From: Candidatus Gastranaerophilales bacterium
GTDB lineage: Bacteria; Cyanobacteriota; Vampirovibrionia; Gastranaerophilales; Gastranaerophilaceae
Length of the DNA stretch: 44,379 nucleotides
NCBI GenBank assembly: GCA_944323435.1
Contig: CALUSN010000001.1
Location: 1-44,379 of the forward strand
Reading direction: 5' to 3'
Notes under the pieces: model-generated
The model's database searches: none
What the model was told of the DNA's origin: nothing
Seen by the model: the letters and a program-made list of their open reading frames with translations, nothing else
In this document: positions 10,513 through 19,691 of the stretch, piece after piece
Layout of the letters: each line of letters opens with the position of its first letter
Numbering within the stretch: the first letter of the stretch is position 1
Program-made: the position numbers and the translations under genes

Positions 10513-11071
10513 AGAATATCTTGAATTTCTTGATGAAAAGCTCGGCAAAATGTTTGAAGCCCAGAAACCTTTTATTAAATGTAAAGAAGGGTGCGCTTAT
10601 TGCTGTAAAGAAGGCGAATATCCTCTAACAGAGCTGGAATACGTGTGTATGATGCTTGCATACAATGAATTAGAGGATGAAATTAAAGACAGAGTTACTG
10701 AAAATATTATAAATCTCTTGAAAAAATCAAGAGAAAAGCTGTATGAATGCCCGTTTCTTGTTGATAACAGGTGCAGTATTTATAAAGCCAGAGGTATTAT
10801 TTGCAGAACATTCGGCTTGATTTCCTATGACGATAAGGATAAAAAACGAATTCCGTTTTGTGTAAATCTTGATTTAAATTATTCCAATGTTTACGATAAA
10901 GAAAAACATATGATTGTTTCTAAAGCAGAGGACGGAACAGAGCCTGCTGCATATAATATTACCCGTAAGGTGCTTATAACACCAAAAGTTGAAAAACAGT
11001 TTGATATATTTTTCGGCGAAGACAAATCTCTTATTGACTGGCTTGCAGAAGAAAATTTTAGGATAGATTAA
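10496..11071 (+). CDS. YkgJ-family CxxCxxCC cysteine-cluster protein
   Basis: CKEGCAYCC, CPFL...CSIYKARGIICRTFG; ATG at 10496 preferred over the TTG at 10469. Confidence 0.85.
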   Translation: MITRYREYLEFLDEKLGKMFEAQKPFIKCKEGCAYCCKEGEYPLTELEYVCMMLAYNELEDEIKDRVTENIINLLKKSREKLYECPFLVDNRCSIYKARGIICRTFGLISYDDKDKKRIPFCVNLDLNYSNVYDKEKHMIVSKAEDGTEPAAYNITRKVLITPKVEKQFDIFFGEDKSLIDWLAEENFRID

Positions 11072-11080
11072 TTTTGTCTT

Positions 11081-11326
11081 TTATTTCAATAATGTAGAGA
11101 TAAATCTGATTGAATCGTCTTTTAATTCTTTAACAAAGTCTTTAGCGATTTTAGCGAGAGGTCTGTTGTCGATTTTATCAAAAACAGCGTATATAGGGTC
11201 TCCGCCGTTGTTGAATCTCATTTGTCTGTCCTGCTTTTTGAGATAATAAAAATGAAAGTCAGAAGGGATTTCTAAAGCTCCTGCCGGTTTTTTATTTCTT
11301 TCGATTGCGTCGTATGTTGCTGTCAT
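11081..11326 (-). CDS. Small hypothetical protein (81 aa)
   Basis: ATG at 11326 (MTATYDAIER) lies 24 nt from the conserved 20-mer, the same geometry as three other genes; the longer 107-aa call runs through the promoter. Confidence 0.7.
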   Translation of the reverse strand: MTATYDAIERNKKPAGALEIPSDFHFYYLKKQDRQMRFNNGGDPIYAVFDKIDNRPLAKIAKDFVKELKDDSIRFISTLLK

Positions 11327-11350
11327 CTTTCTTACTCTCTTTCGTCTATC

Positions 11351-11415
11351 TCTTACATATATATAAAGTATATCTATTTCAAAAAATTGCCTTTTTTTGT
11401 ACAAAATTTTTTAAA
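11351..11415 (-). promoter_or_regulatory. Conserved upstream element, copy D
   Basis: Direct-repeat box 11398-11415, TGAAAT 11376-11381, TACTTTATATATATGTAAGA 11351-11370; the TGAAAT-to-20-mer spacer is 5 nt, 10-11 nt shorter than in other copies. Confidence 0.75.
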
Positions 11416-11502
11416 TTATTTTTCAACAGACGCTGAAATTCAATAATATCCCCAAAATTTACGTTTACAATTCTTAATATTATATTTTTTAGGTAAAAAA
11501 TA

Positions 11503-11577
11503 TATATTAAGTTTTGTAACAATTATACTAGCTGTTGAAATCTGATACTGATTTATATACTTTATATATTTGTAAGA
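11503..11577 (+). promoter_or_regulatory. Conserved upstream element, copy A
   Basis: TATATTAA-GT-TTTGTAAC (11503-11520), N15, TGAAAT (11536-11541), N16, TACTTTATATATTTGTAAGA (11558-11577), 22 nt to ATG. Confidence 0.85.
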
Positions 11578-11599
11578 CAAAAGATGGAAAGTATAAAAA

Positions 11600-12547
11600 A
11601 TGACACTTATTTCCGGATACAATATGAATATGTTTGGAAACCCGCTTACGGGAATGCTTAACGGCAGCAGTTTAAGCGGCATTTTCGGCGGCGGCGGTTT
11701 TGGCGGCAGCGGCATTTTTATGAATTGTTTTGGAGAAGTAAACTATGATGCTATGGCAGGTTATGGTGTTGCAAACGCCCTTCTTGGTGTTGCAGGACAG
11801 GCAATTAATCATACTGTTTCTGAAAAACGTGAGAAAAAAGCGGAATATCAAGAGAATAAAGCTGAAATTGAAAGAATTGATGAACAGATTGCGGATTTAA
11901 AAAATTTAGATCCGGCAAAAGAAATTGATAAAAAATATGATGATAATATAGACACTGCAAAAAGTGAACAAACAACTGCTAACACGAATTTAAAAGAAGC
12001 AAAAACGCGTGAAGGAGAATTAAAAACTAAGCTTGCACAGGCAACAACAGATGAAGAAAAAAAGAATATACAGAAGCAAATTGATGATTTAAAGATAGAC
12101 GAACTACAGAAAAAAGCCGATAAATACAATGGTGATGCTACTGTTGAAGGCAGTGTCAAATGGCACGAAAAGCAAAAAGCTGACGCAATAAAGGCTAAGC
12201 AAGAAGAAATTCAAAAAGAAATAGAAAAACTTCAAGAGAAAAAAGCAAAATTAGAAGCTTCAGTCAACGAAGTTGATCTTGACAGAGCTGACGGTAAAAA
12301 ATTCCAGAGAACAAAGAAAGAAGATTTTGATGCTAAATGGAATGATGACGGCACAATGAAAAATGATGCCGAATTCACTAAAGGCGACATGCGCTATGCT
12401 ATTGCAGGGTTCAGAAATGCTACAAGCGATGAAGATAAAAAATACTGGGCTAATAAAATCGCAACTATTTATAAGAATATGAATCAAAGCGATATCACAA
12501 GCGACTTTAAAGCAGCAAGAAAAATTGTAGATGCATATGTATCATAA
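11600..12547 (+). CDS. Hypothetical coiled-coil protein with Gly-rich N-terminus
   Basis: 315 aa; GIFGGGGFGGSG, hydrophobic GVANALLGVAG, then a long K/E/Q-rich heptad region. Confidence 0.85.
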   Translation: MTLISGYNMNMFGNPLTGMLNGSSLSGIFGGGGFGGSGIFMNCFGEVNYDAMAGYGVANALLGVAGQAINHTVSEKREKKAEYQENKAEIERIDEQIADLKNLDPAKEIDKKYDDNIDTAKSEQTTANTNLKEAKTREGELKTKLAQATTDEEKKNIQKQIDDLKIDELQKKADKYNGDATVEGSVKWHEKQKADAIKAKQEEIQKEIEKLQEKKAKLEASVNEVDLDRADGKKFQRTKKEDFDAKWNDDGTMKNDAEFTKGDMRYAIAGFRNATSDEDKKYWANKIATIYKNMNQSDITSDFKAARKIVDAYVS

Positions 12548-12585
12548 TAATGCAGAAAATCAGCTTTGAAGAATAAGTAGAGAAT

Positions 12586-12620
12586 AAAGCCGTTATACCT
12601 CAATAAAAACGGCTTTTTTA
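12586..12620 (+). terminator. Probable intrinsic terminator
   Basis: AAAGCCGTT...AACGGCTTT stem with T tract about 40 nt after the stop; large loop. Confidence 0.5.
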
Positions 12621-12741
12621 AAGTTTTATACAAACTGCCGCAAGCATATTAAAATTAACAAGGCCGGAACTTGTTTCTTAATTATTGGACGTCAGTTTTT
12701 TTACTTTATAGTAAATTGCTTTTTGTATGCGTCTGACATAT

Positions 12742-12815
12742 AATATTAACTTTTGTAACAAAATTAATAAGTGGTGAAATTGTATCATTATTAAATACTT
12801 TATATATATGTAAGA
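12742..12815 (+). promoter_or_regulatory. Conserved upstream element, copy B
   Basis: AATATTAA-CT-TTTGTAAC (12742-12759), N15, TGAAAT (12775-12780), N15, TACTTTATATATATGTAAGA (12796-12815), 21 nt to ATG. Confidence 0.85.
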
Positions 12816-12836
12816 CTAAAAAGATGGTGAGATAAG

Positions 12837-13268
12837 ATGGCAATCGCAAATTTACACGAAACATTATTGAGCTATAAGCTGAGAAGGAATCAGTTAAACC
12901 TTGAAATAACTGAATACCAGGCTCAGAAAACATTAGCTTCATATTCTCAAGGCGATGTTCAGTCTCTTAAAAATGCTGAGACACGCTCCATCAGAGAATA
13001 TTTTAAAGAAATGTTTGACGGCGACGCCAGCTTGCAGGAATTATATACTGATTATACAGAAATCCCTGATTTTGAAGAAGAAATGGATAAATTAACAGCT
13101 AAATTCCAGGAACAGTTCGACGAGCTAACTGCCTGGGAAACAGCTGTTGACGCTCAAATAACTACAGCAAGTGCTGAATTGGAAGAAGTTAACGCATATA
13201 TGGAATCTTTGAAGTCAATGCTTTCAAGCAACATTCAGGAAGACTTCAATTACGGATTGAACGGTTAA
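12837..13268 (+). CDS. Hypothetical helical-hairpin protein, compact relative of the 30934..32742 protein
   Basis: 143 aa, all-helical pattern; both termini align by eye with the termini of the 602-aa protein. Confidence 0.85.
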   Translation: MAIANLHETLLSYKLRRNQLNLEITEYQAQKTLASYSQGDVQSLKNAETRSIREYFKEMFDGDASLQELYTDYTEIPDFEEEMDKLTAKFQEQFDELTAWETAVDAQITTASAELEEVNAYMESLKSMLSSNIQEDFNYGLNG

Positions 13269-14585
13269 TTAATGAAATAACCAGATTCCAAGCAAGGCGA
13301 ATAATATTAACGCAATGTTGTAATGCAGAAAAGTCGGAATACAGGTATCGTAGATATGATTATGCTGCCCGTCTGCATTTAATCCCGATGTCGGACCGAG
13401 TGTTGTGTCGGAAGCAGGAGAGCCTGCATCACCTAAGGCTGCTGCTGCCGCAAGAAGCACGACCATTTGCGGGACGTTGAACCCTTGCTTTATACATACA
13501 GGTATAAACAGTACAGCAAGAATAGGTATTGTACCAAAAGATGTTCCGATTCCGATTGTTATAAAAAGCCCTATTATTAGGATTATGAGAGAAGTTATAT
13601 AGATATTGGCAGGCAATAGCGGAAGAATTGTATTTACAAGATTCTCTATTGCCCCTGTTTCTTTAAGAACATCGGCAAAGCCGGCTGCAACGAGCATTAC
13701 AAACGCTATATATCCCATCAAATAAACGCCTTCATTCATCATATGATCCATTTTATCCTGCGGAATGACTTTAAAAGAGAAAATAATTCCCAGTCCGACA
13801 AGCGCGCCGAGCGGCAGAGATTTAGTTACAAGCTGTACTACAAATGTAACGACGGCGGCAAGTACAACAAGCCAGTGTTTTGGTAAGAACTTAGAATCGG
13901 GATTTGTTTCTGTTAAAACACTTTTGTCCTCGTAGCTTCGTGGTTTTCTGTATGTTATGAATACAGATATTAAGAGTCCTGCCAGCATACCAAAGCCGAG
14001 AATTAACGTGTCCTTCCAGATATCGCCTCTAGCTATATTTACACCGTTTTGAACCATATTATCGGCAATAAGGTTCTGGAAAATAAGTCCGAATCCTGCC
14101 GGAATTACAATATAAGGCATCTTCAAGCCAAACGCGAGAACGCAGGCAACCGCGCGCCGGTCTATTTGAAGTTTATTCATTATCCCCAACAGCGGCGGTA
14201 TTATAATAGGTATGAATGCTATATGAATCGGAATTATGTTTTGCGAAGCCATTGCAATAAGAGTAAGAATAGTTAAAAGAAGCATTTTCTTGCCTTTAAC
14301 AACTCCGGTTATTTTATTTGAGATTACATCGGTGAAACCTGAATGCGCCATAGTTGCGGCAAAAGCTCCGAGTAAAATATAGCTCAGCGCCGTTTCGGAA
14401 TTTCCGCCCATTCCGGATATAAATGTATTCATAATATGTGTACTGTTAAGCCCTGCCGCATATCCGGCAGCAAGGGTAGAGATAATAATTGCCAGCAATA
14501 CATTTATTTTTCTAACGCACAAAATGCATAATAAGATTATGGATATAAAAGCCGGATTTGCGCATAAATTTATAATAGTCGTCAT
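13269..14585 (-). CDS. YuiF/NhaC-like transporter (putative amino acid or Na+/H+)
   Basis: About 11-12 TMs; QNIIPIHIAFIP, GIGTSFGTIP, LGDAGSPASDTTLGPTSGLNADGQHNHI. Confidence 0.88.
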   Translation of the reverse strand: MTTIINLCANPAFISIILLCILCVRKINVLLAIIISTLAAGYAAGLNSTHIMNTFISGMGGNSETALSYILLGAFAATMAHSGFTDVISNKITGVVKGKKMLLLTILTLIAMASQNIIPIHIAFIPIIIPPLLGIMNKLQIDRRAVACVLAFGLKMPYIVIPAGFGLIFQNLIADNMVQNGVNIARGDIWKDTLILGFGMLAGLLISVFITYRKPRSYEDKSVLTETNPDSKFLPKHWLVVLAAVVTFVVQLVTKSLPLGALVGLGIIFSFKVIPQDKMDHMMNEGVYLMGYIAFVMLVAAGFADVLKETGAIENLVNTILPLLPANIYITSLIILIIGLFITIGIGTSFGTIPILAVLFIPVCIKQGFNVPQMVVLLAAAAALGDAGSPASDTTLGPTSGLNADGQHNHIYDTCIPTFLHYNIALILFALLGIWLFH

Positions 14586-14586
14586 T

Positions 14587-14889
14587 TTATCTTGTTTCAG
14601 CTTCCTGAAGCAAAGTTATAAGTTCAAGCGCCACTTCCTTCTGTACACTCTGAGGCAGGCACTTCAAATATTCAAAAGCTTCGGCTATTTTCTGGTCAGT
14701 ATCATACCAGCGTCTTAATACGTATGAAAAAGCATCCGTCAGAATGTTGTCGGCTAAATCAATGCCGTTTTCTTTTGAGCGTTTAACAATTAATTCCGCA
14801 CAATCATACTGCGTCATTATATTTGCATTTCTCATCAAACTTACAGCCAGACTAACAGTCGGATCTATGTCATACCAGCGCTTATGCAT
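14587..14889 (-). CDS. Hypothetical protein with duplicated RWYD module
   Basis: 100 aa; KRWYDIDP and RRWYDTDQ halves; AAGGTG RBS. Confidence 0.75.
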   Translation of the reverse strand: MHKRWYDIDPTVSLAVSLMRNANIMTQYDCAELIVKRSKENGIDLADNILTDAFSYVLRRWYDTDQKIAEAFEYLKCLPQSVQKEVALELITLLQEAETR

Positions 14890-14932
14890 ACCACACCTTT
14901 TCCTCTTTATATATTATAGTATATTTTTTAAG

Positions 14933-15220
14933 CTATTTTGTCAATTGCGAAATTATACTTGATTTCTTATTTTCATCTGTAGTTGATAAAAATATTGTTT
15001 TTTCTTTCGAGTTTCCGCCCCGTACAATTTCTATATTAGATTTTGGCAGTTTAAACTGTTTTGATAGAAATTCTATCAGCGCTTTATTGGCTTTGTTTTC
15101 TACGGGTTGGGCTGTGACTTTTATTTTAATAAATTCTTCTTCCTTAATTATTTCATTTTTAGAAGAATTAGGAACAATTTTTACCTTTATTAAAATACCT
15201 TCCGGAGTTTGTTTTAGCAT
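14933..15220 (-). CDS. DUF167/YggU family protein
   Basis: VKIVPNSSK, VTAQPVENKANKALIEFLS, IVRGGNSKEK. Confidence 0.9.
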   Translation of the reverse strand: MLKQTPEGILIKVKIVPNSSKNEIIKEEEFIKIKVTAQPVENKANKALIEFLSKQFKLPKSNIEIVRGGNSKEKTIFLSTTDENKKSSIISQLTK

Positions 15221-15233
15221 ACCAAAACCTGAA

Positions 15234-16103
15234 TTACTTTTTCTGGAATATCATTACATATTCATGCTTAAAGATATAAAAGCCGCCGGCTAAGGCTCTG
15301 TAACGCCATAAATTTGCAGTTTTGCCTTTAGCTCTTTCATTACCTTGAATATCTTTTATAATTATAGCTTTTGTAATGAATCCGAGTTTGTTCATTCGCG
15401 CCATACATTCAAACCCGAGCGGTATATGCTGAGAATTTGCGTACTTATCCCCGATAATCAAGCAGGCAAAACGACCTTTTTCCAGCAAATCGTATCCGTT
15501 TTTTGCCACTTTTTCAAAAAGGTTATAAAACTCTTCTGTCGTTGCGCAATTAGATAAATCTTCTTTTTTATCGGAAAATTTGATAATATCATCATAAGGC
15601 GGATGAAGCATTAATAACTGCGCCTGCTTTCTTCCCATAATATCAAGCCTTGCCTGAATCTTTTCTTTAGCAATTTCGCTTGCTGAATCCGCACAAATAA
15701 TATTAACGTCTGTTACGAGCTGTTTAGGAGTAAATTTTTCAGAAACAGATTCAGCAAGCTCTTCTTTTAATTCAACCCCTATGCATCTTCTCTGCATATT
15801 AATTGCTTCAATACCTGATGTTCCTGATCCGAAAAACAAATCAAGAACAATATCGTTCTTTTTTGTAAAACGCTCATACACCTGCTGGGCAATTTGCGGA
15901 ATATAATTCCCGTGATACTCGTTAGAATGTCCGCCTTCTTTAGCGCGCTGAGGGAATTCCCATAAAGTATCAGTCTTTATGTAATCATAATCCTGCCATC
16001 TCTTTAAATTAATATCGCTGTAAGCAGTAGTCTTAACCGCATTATTATCAACGACTTTTAAATTATTTGAACTCTTCTGTTCCTTTAAATTTGATCTAAC
16101 CAT
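15234..16103 (-). CDS. Orphan SAM-dependent amino (N4/N6)-methyltransferase
   Basis: Motif I VLDLFFGSGT, motif IV LHPPY; GGAGAGG RBS favours the ATG at 16103; no adjacent nuclease. Confidence 0.8.
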   Translation of the reverse strand: MVRSNLKEQKSSNNLKVVDNNAVKTTAYSDINLKRWQDYDYIKTDTLWEFPQRAKEGGHSNEYHGNYIPQIAQQVYERFTKKNDIVLDLFFGSGTSGIEAINMQRRCIGVELKEELAESVSEKFTPKQLVTDVNIICADSASEIAKEKIQARLDIMGRKQAQLLMLHPPYDDIIKFSDKKEDLSNCATTEEFYNLFEKVAKNGYDLLEKGRFACLIIGDKYANSQHIPLGFECMARMNKLGFITKAIIIKDIQGNERAKGKTANLWRYRALAGGFYIFKHEYVMIFQKK

Positions 16104-16175
16104 ACCTCTCCCCAATTTATATATCAAGTTTAAAGGATTTTTTATAATTTGAAATCAAATAAATAGAGGATAAAT

Positions 16176-16209
16176 AAAAAAATACCATCCGGAACGGATG
16201 GTATTTTTT
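16176..16209 (-). terminator. Intrinsic terminator of the Cys-rich gene (symmetric)
   Basis: AAAAAATACCATCCG-GAA-CGGATGGTATTTTTT perfect hairpin immediately after the stop at 16211. Confidence 0.85.
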
Positions 16210-16210
16210 G

Positions 16211-16576
16211 TTACTTGTTCATCTGCTGCAGCTTATCACACGGACTGCAAGGCTGTTGAGTCTGTTTCTGGCACGGGTTGCAAGGCAATGCTTTCTGGCA
16301 TGGTTCGCATGGTTTTTGTTTTGCACAAGGATCACAAGGCTGCTTTTTAGCGCAAGGATCACATGGAGCAGCAGCACCTGTAGGGCAAGGCTGGGATATT
16401 TTTTCACAAGGGTCGCACTTCTTGTTGCAGTCGCAATCAGATTTTTTCTTTTCGCACTTAGGACAGTGACCCCAGTATGCAGGATTTAAGCTTGACCAGC
16501 TGAATGCCTGCGCGCTTTGGGTTCCGATAACTGATACAATTCCCAGTACAGCTAAGATAGATAATGTTTTTTTCAT
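16211..16576 (-). CDS. Secreted small cysteine-rich protein (CxPC repeats)
   Basis: Sec signal MKKTLSILAVLGIVSVIGTQSAQA, 17 Cys, six CxPC motifs, AAGGAG RBS, own terminator. Confidence 0.85.
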   Translation of the reverse strand: MKKTLSILAVLGIVSVIGTQSAQAFSWSSLNPAYWGHCPKCEKKKSDCDCNKKCDPCEKISQPCPTGAAAPCDPCAKKQPCDPCAKQKPCEPCQKALPCNPCQKQTQQPCSPCDKLQQMNK

Positions 16577-16687
16577 CTCTTACTCCTTTTTTATACAAAT
16601 GTCGTGTATTTTTAATACAACTCTATTGTATGAAAAGAGGAATGTTTTACCATAACCCGCCTGTATATTCTATCTCTAGCCGTTTGT

Positions 16688-17713
16688 CTAATTTTTTGAG
16701 CGGTCTACAAGCTTGTTGTCCTTGCTCCAGCTAAAAGATGAGCGGATTTTATTTCCGACTGTCTCAAGAAGATGTCCCTTAGATTCTGCCCTGAGTCTTG
16801 CAAATCTTTCGCCGCCGGATTCCATTTCATCCATAAATTCTTTTGCGTATTTGCCGTTTTGGATTTCTTCAAGAATCTTTTTCATCTCTGCTTTTACGTT
16901 TGAATTTATTAATTTGCTTCCACGTGTTAAATCTCCGTATTCTGCATTATTAGAAATTGAATAATGCATATCTTCGATTCCGCCCTGATAAATTAAATCT
17001 ACTATAAGTTTAAGTTCATGGCAGACTTCAAAATATGCCATATATGGTGAATATCCGGCTTCCACAAGAGTCTCAAAGGCTGCTTTTATAAGAGCAGAGC
17101 AGCCGCCGCAAAGAACTGCCTGTTCTCCAAACAAATCTGTTTCCGTTTCTTCTCTGAAGGTTGTTTCAATAATTCCCGCACGACCGGAACCTATTGCGGA
17201 AGCGTAAGATAGTGCAACTTCTTTTGAATCACCGCTGAAATCTTTGTAGACGGCAATTAAAGACGGAACGCCGCGTCCTGCTTTGTATTCGCTTCTGACT
17301 GTATGCCCCGGAGCTTTCGGAGCAACCATTATAACATTTACCCCCTCCGGCGGATTTATGAATCCGTAGTGAATATTAAAACCGTGTGAGAACATAAGAG
17401 TCTGACCTGCTTTTAAATACGTCTCAATTTCTTCTTTGTAGACTTTTGCCTGAACTTCGTCCGGTATAAGGATTTGAATAATATCTGCCTGCTTAACGGC
17501 TTCTGAAATCGGCATTGTAGTCAAACCATAGTCTTTGGCTTTCGTATCAGACGCTCCGCCCTGACGGAGACCCATTATAACGTGACATCCGGAATCTTTA
17601 AGATTAAGCCCTTGCCCGTAACCTTGCGAGCCAAAACCGATTACAGCAATTTTCTTTGTTTTAATTAAATCCTGATTAATATCTTTATCTGTATATATTT
17701 TTAAATCTTCCAT
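16688..17713 (-). CDS. ilvC: Ketol-acid reductoisomerase
   Basis: IGFGSQG, FSHGFNIH, APKAPGH, ETETDLFGEQAVLCGG. Confidence 0.97.
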   Translation of the reverse strand: MEDLKIYTDKDINQDLIKTKKIAVIGFGSQGYGQGLNLKDSGCHVIMGLRQGGASDTKAKDYGLTTMPISEAVKQADIIQILIPDEVQAKVYKEEIETYLKAGQTLMFSHGFNIHYGFINPPEGVNVIMVAPKAPGHTVRSEYKAGRGVPSLIAVYKDFSGDSKEVALSYASAIGSGRAGIIETTFREETETDLFGEQAVLCGGCSALIKAAFETLVEAGYSPYMAYFEVCHELKLIVDLIYQGGIEDMHYSISNNAEYGDLTRGSKLINSNVKAEMKKILEEIQNGKYAKEFMDEMESGGERFARLRAESKGHLLETVGNKIRSSFSWSKDNKLVDRSKN

Positions 17714-17807
17714 AATATTCTCTCCTTTACAAATAAAATTATACTCCCCGAAAAAAGTTTTTTAAATATAGGATTAAATTTGTTTCTCTTTATGCTAAAC
17801 TTATCTT

Positions 17808-19691
17808 ATGAGCGGGAATTATGTACCATTATACAGAAAATATCGTCCGCAGACGCTGGAGCAGCTTGTAGGGCAGGAGCATATCAAAAAGACTCTCACA
17901 AGCGCAATTGAACTCGGAAAAATTGCGCACGCTTTTTTGTTTACAGGTCCAAGAGGAACGGGAAAAACTTCTACCGCAAGAATTCTTGCAAAATCTCTTA
18001 ACTGCAAAAACGGTCCGACCATTCATCCTTGCGGTGAGTGTGAAAGCTGCAGAGATATTACAAATTCCGTACCGATTGATGTTATAGAAATTGATGCCGC
18101 AAGTAACAGAAAAGTCGAGGATACGCAGAATATTCTCGAGAAAATCCAGTATGTTCCGGTAAACGGCAAATATAAAATCTATATTATTGACGAAGTCCAC
18201 ATGCTCACAAACCACGCATTTAATGCGCTTCTTAAGACTCTTGAGGAGCCGCCGGAAAATGTAATCTTTATTCTTGCAACAACGGAAGTTCATAAAGTTC
18301 TTGATACTATAAAAAGCCGCTGCCAGAGGTTTGATTTCAGAAGGATTACAACAGAAGATATTGTAAAACATTTGAGATATATTTCCGATCAGGAAAAAAT
18401 TAATATATCGGATGATGCTCTGATTGCAATTGCAAAAAATTCTGCAGGCGGTATGAGAGACAGTATCTCACTTTTAGACCAGTTGAGTCTTTTAGGTGTT
18501 ACAAAAGAAGTTACGGTTTCGGACGTTAATGCAGTTCTTGGAAGAATTTCATTTGATACATTAAATAAACTGAGCGAAAAAATTATTGCATCTTCCCCGA
18601 ATGAAGCTATTGAAATTCTAAATGAGATATACAATGCAGGAAACGAGCCTTTGCAGATTTTAACAAACCTGTCAGAGTATTTCAAAAATCTGCTGATTGT
18701 AAAAACCTGCAGAAAAGAGCTTTTGCCTGAATTGACGGGATTAAATGAGCCTCAGATTGCGGAAATGCTAAAACAAAAAGAACTGCTTGAGACCCAGCAG
18801 ATTGTATTTTTACTTGAGAGAATCACATATTACATAAAAGAAGTTAAACTTGCTACCAATCAGCATTTGTGGCTGGAAGTCGGGATGATTGATTTTGCAA
18901 ATATGACAGAGAATACAACTCTTCTGGAATTGCAAAACAGGGTTAAAGCTCTTGAAGCAGGCGGAGTCTCCGTCGGGCAGCCTGTTCAAAGAATAGTTCA
19001 GCCGGCTCAGGTTTCTGCTCCGGTCAGACCTGTCCCTCAAAAAGCCGCTGAAACAGAGCCTGTCACACGACCTGCACCGGTTCCGCCGGCTGAATCTCCT
19101 GCTGCGCCTAAGCAGGAACAACAGGACGATTTCACACCGCCTCCAATATCAAGAAAACCTGACGGCAATGATATTAACACACTCTGGCAGACACTTCTTG
19201 TAAATATCAAAAGTCCTGCAACAAAAGCTCTTTTGCATCTGGCAACTCCCGTAAAAATAGCTTCTGATGAGGTTATAATAACTTTTAAAAACGAAAAACT
19301 TGTATCACAAATTAATGATACAAATAAAAAGCAAATGCTTGTTGAAGCTGCAAATACAATGTTTAATCAGCAGGATTCAAAGATTGTCGTAAGACTTCCG
19401 CAAAGCGGTGATGCGAATTTAGCCGCCTCAATACCGGCTTCTGTTTCAGAAGAAAAAAAAAAGATAGCTCCGCAAATTAAAAAGGATGGTAAATCAGAGT
19501 CTCTGCCTTCAATTCCTCAACAGCCTGAAATTGCGGATGAAGAACCGCCTGAAACGATTCCTGATAATGGCGTAGAAAAGAGTGCAGAAGCAGCAGAAAC
19601 TAAAACTCTGCAGCCTAAAAAGCCTGAGCGGGAAGAAACCGATCAGGAAAAAATGGTTCTGGAGCTTTTTGACGGCAAGTATATTGAGTAA
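17808..19691 (+). CDS. dnaX: DNA polymerase III subunit gamma/tau
   Basis: YRKYRPQ, GPRGTGKT, Zn-binding cysteines, IIDEVHML, SRC; Pro-rich linker; C-terminal VLELFDG. Confidence 0.97.
   Translation: MSGNYVPLYRKYRPQTLEQLVGQEHIKKTLTSAIELGKIAHAFLFTGPRGTGKTSTARILAKSLNCKNGPTIHPCGECESCRDITNSVPIDVIEIDAASNRKVEDTQNILEKIQYVPVNGKYKIYIIDEVHMLTNHAFNALLKTLEEPPENVIFILATTEVHKVLDTIKSRCQRFDFRRITTEDIVKHLRYISDQEKINISDDALIAIAKNSAGGMRDSISLLDQLSLLGVTKEVTVSDVNAVLGRISFDTLNKLSEKIIASSPNEAIEILNEIYNAGNEPLQILTNLSEYFKNLLIVKTCRKELLPELTGLNEPQIAEMLKQKELLETQQIVFLLERITYYIKEVKLATNQHLWLEVGMIDFANMTENTTLLELQNRVKALEAGGVSVGQPVQRIVQPAQVSAPVRPVPQKAAETEPVTRPAPVPPAESPAAPKQEQQDDFTPPPISRKPDGNDINTLWQTLLVNIKSPATKALLHLATPVKIASDEVIITFKNEKLVSQINDTNKKQMLVEAANTMFNQQDSKIVVRLPQSGDANLAASIPASVSEEKKKIAPQIKKDGKSESLPSIPQQPEIADEEPPETIPDNGVEKSAEAAETKTLQPKKPEREETDQEKMVLELFDGKYIE

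Noticed and set aside
11327-11404. N-terminal 26 codons of the 107-aa ORF call
   Set aside because: TTG start with no RBS, running through the conserved promoter element; ATG at 11326 fits better
16208-16489. Alternative-frame ORFs overlapping the Cys-rich gene, and other antisense ORFs of 60-180 aa across the window
   Set aside because: Shadow frames of well-supported genes, lacking RBS and family motifs
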